DNA of 63,895 nucleotides from Bacilli bacterium (GTDB lineage Bacteria; Bacillota_I; Bacilli_A; RFN20; CAG-826): NCBI GenBank assembly GCA_024408095.1, contig JAKSVI010000005.1, positions 1 to 63,895 of the forward strand, read 5' to 3'. Shown piece by piece: positions 57,946 to 63,895 of this stretch (position 1 is its first letter; each line of letters starts with the position of its first letter). The notes under the pieces were generated by a model. It saw only the letters and a program-made list of their open reading frames with translations, ran no database searches and was not told where the DNA came from. The position numbers and the translations under genes were made by a program.

Positions 57946-58017
57946 TATAATGTCCTTAAAGTTTGGACACACGAACACTTTTAGGACTAAATGTTTGGAC
58001 ATACGAGGTTTATAAAA
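57946..58017 (+). repeat. ~72-bp direct repeat, copy downstream of the HTH-HipA module
   Basis: ATGTCCTTAAAGTTTGGACACACGAACACTTTTAGGACTAAATGTTTGGACAT. Confidence 0.88.
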
Positions 58018-58325
58018 GAAAAGAAAAAGGTGTGTCATTTGTTGTTCAAAAGAAGTATATAGAATTGCAAATAACATTTAAGCTCTTCCTTGTTTGACTT
58101 TGTAGAACCAACTTTTAAAAATTTAATATTATTGAACCGATTATGTTTTTTTATTAATTTTGGGAACATGAACTGGTGATAAACGTATTGGAACGCACAC
58201 TAATTTTAAAAAAATACTCAACCATAAATCATTTGCTTTTCTTGATTTAAATACGTTTTATGCTTGCTTATTGTTTTAAGGCTTTGTTTATTGTTTTAAA
58301 TAGATATTTATGGTATATTCAAAAC

Positions 58326-59315
58326 ATGTTAGACAGCGAAAAAACATTATCTACTTTAAAACAATATAATGACTCGTTATATTCACTTGATTGGTATGGA
58401 GATGTGGATGTCGATTATTTATTATCCACTGATACAAGTAAAGTTTTGAAATATGTTAAAAAAGTCCGTCAAATAATTAAAAACAAGAAAGTTTATATCA
58501 AATATAGAAGTAAATTTGGGTGTTCTACATTTGCTTTCCGTAATAATGATAATGAACTTTTATTAGCGAGAAATTTTGATTATCCACCTTCACCTTGTAT
58601 AGTTGTTAAGACTCATCCAACTAATGGCTATAAAACTGTTGGCGTTGCAGATTTAAACACAATGCTTTTTGGTTATAAAAAAAGAGCTCTATCTAAGGTA
58701 AAAAATAAAAATAATGTACTTTTATCTCCTTATGTTGTAATGGACGGCATGAACGAAAAAGGATTAGTTATTTCTGTTTTACAATTGACCGATAAGATTA
58801 CTAAACAAAAAACTGGAAAAAGAAGAATTATTACTTCGCTTGCGATTAGAGCAATTTTAGAGAAATGTTCCACAGTTGATGAAGCAATTGAATTTTTATA
58901 TTCACATGATATGACTTCTTCACTTTTATCTAATTATCACTTTCACATTATTGATAAAACAAAATCAGTCCTAGTTGAATACGTTAACAATGTTATTCAT
59001 CTTTATAGAGAAAACGACTGGGAATATCAGTGTTTAACTAATTTTTATATTACTGAGGGTGCTAATAATAAGGATACATATGGAACTGATCGTTACGAGA
59101 TTATTTTAAACGCTCTTAAAGAACACAAAACTTTTACAAGCGAAGAAGCGTTTGAAGTTTTAAATAAAGTTAATCAAGATCACCGTATGCCTATTTTAGG
59201 ATTATTTAAGTTGCATATAGTAACATGTTGGGGTGCTATTTATAATCCTAATGAATTAACTGTTAATGTTGTAACACCACACAATAAAACCCCAATTGAA
59301 TTTAAAATAGATTAA
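58326..59315 (+). CDS. Ntn-fold linear amide C-N hydrolase (choloylglycine hydrolase/ceramidase-like)
   Basis: GCSTF...LLARNFDY, DGMNEKGL; start reassigned to 58326 (TTGTTT-N17-TATATT promoter ends 6 nt upstream). Confidence 0.85.
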   Translation: MLDSEKTLSTLKQYNDSLYSLDWYGDVDVDYLLSTDTSKVLKYVKKVRQIIKNKKVYIKYRSKFGCSTFAFRNNDNELLLARNFDYPPSPCIVVKTHPTNGYKTVGVADLNTMLFGYKKRALSKVKNKNNVLLSPYVVMDGMNEKGLVISVLQLTDKITKQKTGKRRIITSLAIRAILEKCSTVDEAIEFLYSHDMTSSLLSNYHFHIIDKTKSVLVEYVNNVIHLYRENDWEYQCLTNFYITEGANNKDTYGTDRYEIILNALKEHKTFTSEEAFEVLNKVNQDHRMPILGLFKLHIVTCWGAIYNPNELTVNVVTPHNKTPIEFKID

Positions 59316-59329
59316 ATAATTAAAGTGAT

Positions 59330-59359
59330 AAAAAGTATCGAGATTAACGGTACTTTTTT
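59330..59359 (+). terminator. intrinsic terminator
   Basis: AAAAGTATCG-agattaa-CGGTACTTTTTT. Confidence 0.7.
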
Positions 59360-59455
59360 CTTGAGGCATTATTTTTCCCTTATTAGTTTTTTTATTGCAT
59401 TTAAAAAATTAATAAATATGTTAAAATAATTAATAATAGTATTGGAGGTTATGAT

Positions 59456-60952
59456 ATGCAAAAAAAATTACTATTATTAAGTCTACTTCCTATTGTATCT
59501 CTTACAGCTTGCGGCCCTGTTGGACCTGTTGCTGTTAAAGGTGCTACTTATAAATGGGAAGTTGCTAATGCTAGATATGAAAATTTTACTGATTTAGGTC
59601 GCTATGTCATTGACGTTGACACACATACTCATTTTGATTTTGATAGAGCTCTAGCTTATGCAAATGCTCGTTATGATAAATGGGCAAAACTTCCTAGTGG
59701 TGGTTGTTCGGCTCTAGGAACAGAAACTAATAATGGCGATGTCATTATTGGCAGAAATCTTGATTTAACAGTTTCCCAATACCCTTGTTATGTCACTCAT
59801 GTAAATCCAGTTGATGGCTTTAAATATAAAAATATTAATTTTACGTATGATCAATTATTCCGTGAAGGTGACAAATATGATGATTTACTCAGAAAGAGTG
59901 GTCTTTCAGAAGAATATTATAATGCTCTCCCCCTATTAGCTACAGATTCATTTAATGAAAAAGGTTTATATATCGAATACAACATGAGAGATTACGAAGC
60001 ATATATGATTTGTAGTGGAACAAATCCTGATTCAAAGAATAGAATTTGTACCATTTCTCTTCCTTTTGTTATTACCGCTAATTGTGCAACAGTAAAAGAA
60101 GCAATTGACTATATTACAAATGATTTGGATGTTTACACAATGCTTGATGAATCTGTTGCATCAGGTTGGAATCTCTGCTTTATGATTGGTGATGCAACTG
60201 GTGAATATGGATTAATTGAAATTGCACGTAATGAAGTTATGTATCTACCTTTCCAACACGGACAAGGTAACTATTACATCACTCCAAAATGGAATGTTTT
60301 ATCTAAAGGCCAATCTGGATATGGAAGACTTCAATTTGGAATCGAAAGAATTGATCAAGTTCAAAGCGAACAAGATATGTCCAATTTAATGGAAAAAATT
60401 ATGTGGCGTAACGAAATATTGAATATTGAATATGCTACTCAAGATTTTGATGCAAATAGAGTACCGGGCACCGTTCATTTTAAAGATAAAGACGGAAACC
60501 CATCTCTAGACTGGAGAAGCGATAACGTTAGATTAATTCCAGTTGATGAAGAAGGCAAATATATCGATATTTATGCAGACAAACCATCTCATCCTTTAGC
60601 CCCACAAGTTCAACTTCTAAAAGAAGCATACGATCGAGTCAAAGCCGGTTCACAAGATCCAAGTGATTTAAGGGATTCAAAAGAATATGAGACCTATTTA
60701 GAGAATGCAAATCTATATTGGGCAAGTGATGATCGTAACTTTCAAGAATTACAAAAAGGTATGACAGATTACTATAATAAAACCGGTATTAAGGAAAAAC
60801 TGCTTAAATATATTGCAGGGGAAGAAAAACCTCTAAGAGATGATTCAAATATTTGGACAACTGCTTTGTCGATTACTTGTAATTGTACTCAAAAAAGATT
60901 AACTGCTAGATTCTGGGAACATACAGATACAATAATGATTTGGCAATTCTAA
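59456..60952 (+). CDS. Ntn-fold C-N hydrolase lipoprotein
   Basis: Lipobox LTAC; GGCSALG...IIGRNLD; DSFNEKGL. Confidence 0.82.
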   Translation: MQKKLLLLSLLPIVSLTACGPVGPVAVKGATYKWEVANARYENFTDLGRYVIDVDTHTHFDFDRALAYANARYDKWAKLPSGGCSALGTETNNGDVIIGRNLDLTVSQYPCYVTHVNPVDGFKYKNINFTYDQLFREGDKYDDLLRKSGLSEEYYNALPLLATDSFNEKGLYIEYNMRDYEAYMICSGTNPDSKNRICTISLPFVITANCATVKEAIDYITNDLDVYTMLDESVASGWNLCFMIGDATGEYGLIEIARNEVMYLPFQHGQGNYYITPKWNVLSKGQSGYGRLQFGIERIDQVQSEQDMSNLMEKIMWRNEILNIEYATQDFDANRVPGTVHFKDKDGNPSLDWRSDNVRLIPVDEEGKYIDIYADKPSHPLAPQVQLLKEAYDRVKAGSQDPSDLRDSKEYETYLENANLYWASDDRNFQELQKGMTDYYNKTGIKEKLLKYIAGEEKPLRDDSNIWTTALSITCNCTQKRLTARFWEHTDTIMIWQF

Positions 60953-61008
60953 GAGATATTCTATTAAATTAGATGTTTTAAGATGCTAATTTTAGCGAGG
61001 GAAACAAG

Positions 61009-62868
61009 ATGAAAAGAAAAATAATATTAATAAGTTGTTTATTAACGGTTTTATCTTTAACCGCTTGTAATGATTCACCAAAACTCTCAAAACTCTCTGA
61101 ACAAGATGTGATTAGTGCTTTTATTAAAGAAGCACAAAAAAGAATTGATAGTCATGGGAAAGTAGGAATTAAAAAAGATACAATACCTTCCTCAGCATTA
61201 AAAGACTATCCAACAACTTTTGACTTAAGGCACGTTGACACTGATAACGATGGCGAATATGAAAATTATGTAACTGGAGTTAAATTTCAAAGGCCTTTTG
61301 GTACTTGCTGGTCATTTGGATCAACTGCAGCTGCTGAAACCTCGATATTATATGACTTACAACAAGAAGCTATTGTTGATAATAAAGATACCATAGATTT
61401 AAGTGAGCATCATACTGCATGGTATGCCTATACTCCAATGCCACAAACTGATAGGCAAGGTGGAGAAGGCTTAATATCTATGGTTGATGGAGTAAACGAA
61501 AACCAAAGTTTAAAACTCAATTCTGGTTCCACTCAATTTGCTGCTTCTTCTTTGTGGGCGAGTGGAATGGGTGTAGTTCAAGAACCAGAATTTGATGAAA
61601 CATCCCGAGAAAAAGAAGCTCAACTAAATTACCGTGGCAAAAACGCTATTAAAACAGTGACAGAAAAAGGATATCCAGTATATTCAAAAGAAGATGATTG
61701 GTCAGTTGACGAATCATTAAGATTTAGACAATCCTACATGTTAGAAAATTCGTTTTACCTTCCTCAATCTGTTTTTATTAAAGAAGATGGAACTATGGAC
61801 ATTGATTATGCTGATTTAGCTTCAAAAACATATAAAGAGCAACTTATGAACGGTAGAGCCTTAGTTTTAGGATTTAAAGCCGATGCTTACTTAGCAGATA
61901 AAGTTGAAGGAATACCTAAATATATTAATGGGAAAACTTGGGCTCATTATACATATGAGCCGTCAGGACCAAACCATTCAGTTTGTGTTGTTGGATGGGA
62001 TGATAATTATTCCCGTACAAATTTCCTCTCCGAAATTCAATATACTATTAATGGAGAACCAGTATTTGATAAAACTGGCAAACCAATAATGAAAAAAGTT
62101 CCTCAGCCTCCTAAAGATGGAGCATGGATTGTTAAAAATTCATGGGGAGCTCTCAATACTAATTCTCAAGGATTGACTACTAGTGATTGGGGAATTGATG
62201 GAACTGGTTATTTTTACCTATCATATTATGATATGTCAATAGATTCTGTTGAAGCATATGACTTTGATGTCACTAATTCTATTAAAGGAGAACTAGGAGC
62301 ATATGTCATAGAACAATATGATTTAATGCCTAATGAAGCACCACATAACATTGAAACAAATTTTCCAATAGCGGAAGGCAATGTATTTGTTGCAGAAGAA
62401 AGCGAAACAATCAAATTCATTAGTTGCGTTTCTACTGAATATAACGAAGACATGCACATTACTTTTTATAAATCTAATGGAGAAAATTTGGACTATAATC
62501 ACCCGGTTTTAGAATTTGATAAACAATTTAATCAAAAAGGAATCCATGTTATTGCACTTCCAAAAACAATTTCCTTAGATAAAGGCGAAAAGATTGGTGT
62601 TGCTATTACTCAAAAGAATGATAAACAACAATATTTCTTAAGCATTGGAAGCGAATGGAACAAAAAGGGATATGACAGTAAATTGTGCGATGATAAATAC
62701 TACGCTGTCGGTGTAGTGAATAAAAACGAAAGCTTTATCATACTTGAAAATCAAGTCATAGATTTTGCTGATTTAAAATTAAAAATGGAAAATCTTGATG
62801 GAGCTGCATCATATTTAACTTATGATAATTTCCCAATTAAACTATATGCCAGTATAGAAAAACTATAA
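61009..62868 (+). CDS. C1 (papain-like) cysteine peptidase lipoprotein with C-terminal beta domain
   Basis: Lipobox LTAC; Q.PFGTCWSF, HSVCVVGWDD, WIVKNSWG. Confidence 0.9.
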   Translation: MKRKIILISCLLTVLSLTACNDSPKLSKLSEQDVISAFIKEAQKRIDSHGKVGIKKDTIPSSALKDYPTTFDLRHVDTDNDGEYENYVTGVKFQRPFGTCWSFGSTAAAETSILYDLQQEAIVDNKDTIDLSEHHTAWYAYTPMPQTDRQGGEGLISMVDGVNENQSLKLNSGSTQFAASSLWASGMGVVQEPEFDETSREKEAQLNYRGKNAIKTVTEKGYPVYSKEDDWSVDESLRFRQSYMLENSFYLPQSVFIKEDGTMDIDYADLASKTYKEQLMNGRALVLGFKADAYLADKVEGIPKYINGKTWAHYTYEPSGPNHSVCVVGWDDNYSRTNFLSEIQYTINGEPVFDKTGKPIMKKVPQPPKDGAWIVKNSWGALNTNSQGLTTSDWGIDGTGYFYLSYYDMSIDSVEAYDFDVTNSIKGELGAYVIEQYDLMPNEAPHNIETNFPIAEGNVFVAEESETIKFISCVSTEYNEDMHITFYKSNGENLDYNHPVLEFDKQFNQKGIHVIALPKTISLDKGEKIGVAITQKNDKQQYFLSIGSEWNKKGYDSKLCDDKYYAVGVVNKNESFIILENQVIDFADLKLKMENLDGAASYLTYDNFPIKLYASIEKL

Positions 62869-63223
62869 TAATATAAATCAAAAACTATATTAAAAACTTA
62901 ATCTATAAAGCATCATTTTATTTATATAAAATAGGAAATCCTTTGTTTGATGCAAACTGCGCCTACTAATTATTTTGATTTAATCGATGCTTTTCTTTAA
63001 AAAACTTTTTATTTAAGAATATACTTAAAATTAAAAATGAAAAATCTCGATGTACATACATCATTTTTAACATGTGATAATTTACAATTATGTTATATAC
63101 TAATAGTAATTGATCGTAAAAAACTTTATAAGAATAAAGAGTTTTGATTTATTGTATAATTTATTAGAAACGAAAATTTAAACATAAAATTGAATAATAT
63201 TTAGATTATATAGAGGAAATCAC

Positions 63224-63625
63224 ATGGAAGACAAAGAAATTAATTTAAATTTAAAAGATTGCAAAACAGCAGAAGAACTAAAAAATGTTGCCAAAGAAAT
63301 CGGCTATGAATTAACCGATGAAGAAGCAGATGCTTATTTTAAGCAATTTACAGCTTCTGGTGAATTAGGTGATGATGAATTAAGTAACGTAACTGGTGGA
63401 TGCGCCAAATGGCGAAATGGGAGAGCCTATAGTGGTAACCCACCTCACCAACTTATCGTGACTTGTGGTAACACTTGTCCATTATATGACTTAAATCCTG
63501 GTTACCCTGAATGGAAAATCAACATGTTTAAAGGCAAATGTGCTGTTTGTTTGAATATGAATCAAATTGGCGTGAGGATGTATTGTAACAAGAGAAAATA
63601 TTATGACGATCCATACAATCGTTAA
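63224..63625 (+). CDS. Nif11-like leader / double-glycine precursor peptide 1
   Basis: 59-aa leader (CKTAEEL...AKEIGYELTDEEA...ELGDDELSNVTGG) plus a 74-aa core with 6 Cys; AGAGG RBS. Confidence 0.85.
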   Translation: MEDKEINLNLKDCKTAEELKNVAKEIGYELTDEEADAYFKQFTASGELGDDELSNVTGGCAKWRNGRAYSGNPPHQLIVTCGNTCPLYDLNPGYPEWKINMFKGKCAVCLNMNQIGVRMYCNKRKYYDDPYNR

Positions 63626-63654
63626 TTTTAATAAAAAGAAAGAAGGAATTATTT

Positions 63655-63895
63655 ATGGATGACAAGGAAATTAATGCAAAACTAAAAGCTTGCAAAACAC
63701 CCGAAGAATTAAAAGCTGTTGCCAAAGAAATTGGTTATGAATTAACCGACGAAGAAGCCGATGCATATTTTAAACAACTTACAGAATCTGGTGAATTAAG
63801 CGATGATGAACTTACTAATGTAAGTGGTGGTACTTGTTTCAGACAAAGAAATAGAGAAATTTACTGTATTAAAAAACCTCAGTACCTTATAGTGT
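63655..63895 (+). CDS. Nif11-like leader / double-glycine precursor peptide 2 (runs off the window)
   Basis: AAGGA RBS; MDDKEINAKLKACKTPEELKAVAKEIGYELTDEEADAYFKQLTESGELSDDELTNVSGG|TCFRQRNREIYCIKKPQYLIV...; not in the ORF track. Confidence 0.85.
   Translation, partial: MDDKEINAKLKACKTPEELKAVAKEIGYELTDEEADAYFKQLTESGELSDDELTNVSGGTCFRQRNREIYCIKKPQYLIV

Noticed and set aside
58030-58256. ~70-codon stop-free frame on the minus strand
   Set aside because: No start codon or RBS and no recognisable motif
62870-63220. Riboswitch upstream of the precursor genes
   Set aside because: AT-rich with no convincing conserved aptamer or terminator

Overview
AT-rich window from a low-GC Firmicute/Bacilli-type genome. 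Gene content and style suggest an RF39/RFN20-like reduced gut or rumen lineage (inference only). The genetic code is standard table 11, with TGA used as a stop. 1-17.9 kb is mostly housekeeping: a five-tRNA operon (Val-Tyr-Gln-Lys-Leu), tRNA-Leu(GAG), pgi, gpmI, an M3 peptidase, pduL, a ROK kinase, SAM-riboswitch-controlled metK and hpf. Inside it is an ORF-track-empty gap (12370-13260) holding a tandem array with the architecture of a type I toxin-antitoxin system: two identical 20-aa hydrophobic peptides, three convergent promoter-terminator sRNA units, an SD-sequestering hairpin and a 3'-to-5' fold-back. 18-34.4 kb is a surface polysaccharide locus headed by a collagen/CotH-kinase lipoprotein and containing a Wzy-like polymerase fused to Ig-like domains. 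34.7-63.9 kb is accessory: a putative defence island (ABC/SMC-like ATPase, AbiL/RloAB-like pair with truncated partner, AbiE), formamidase, GH3, MATE, a galactoside-type ABC transporter whose binding protein is a circularly permuted MglB, a partner-switching module, Fic and HTH-HipA toxin cassettes bounded by direct repeats, secreted C-N hydrolases and a C1 peptidase, and the start of a tandem array of Nif11-like double-glycine leader precursors. No rRNA, CRISPR array, integrase or intact transposase was seen. All family assignments come from motif recognition by eye; no database searches were run.
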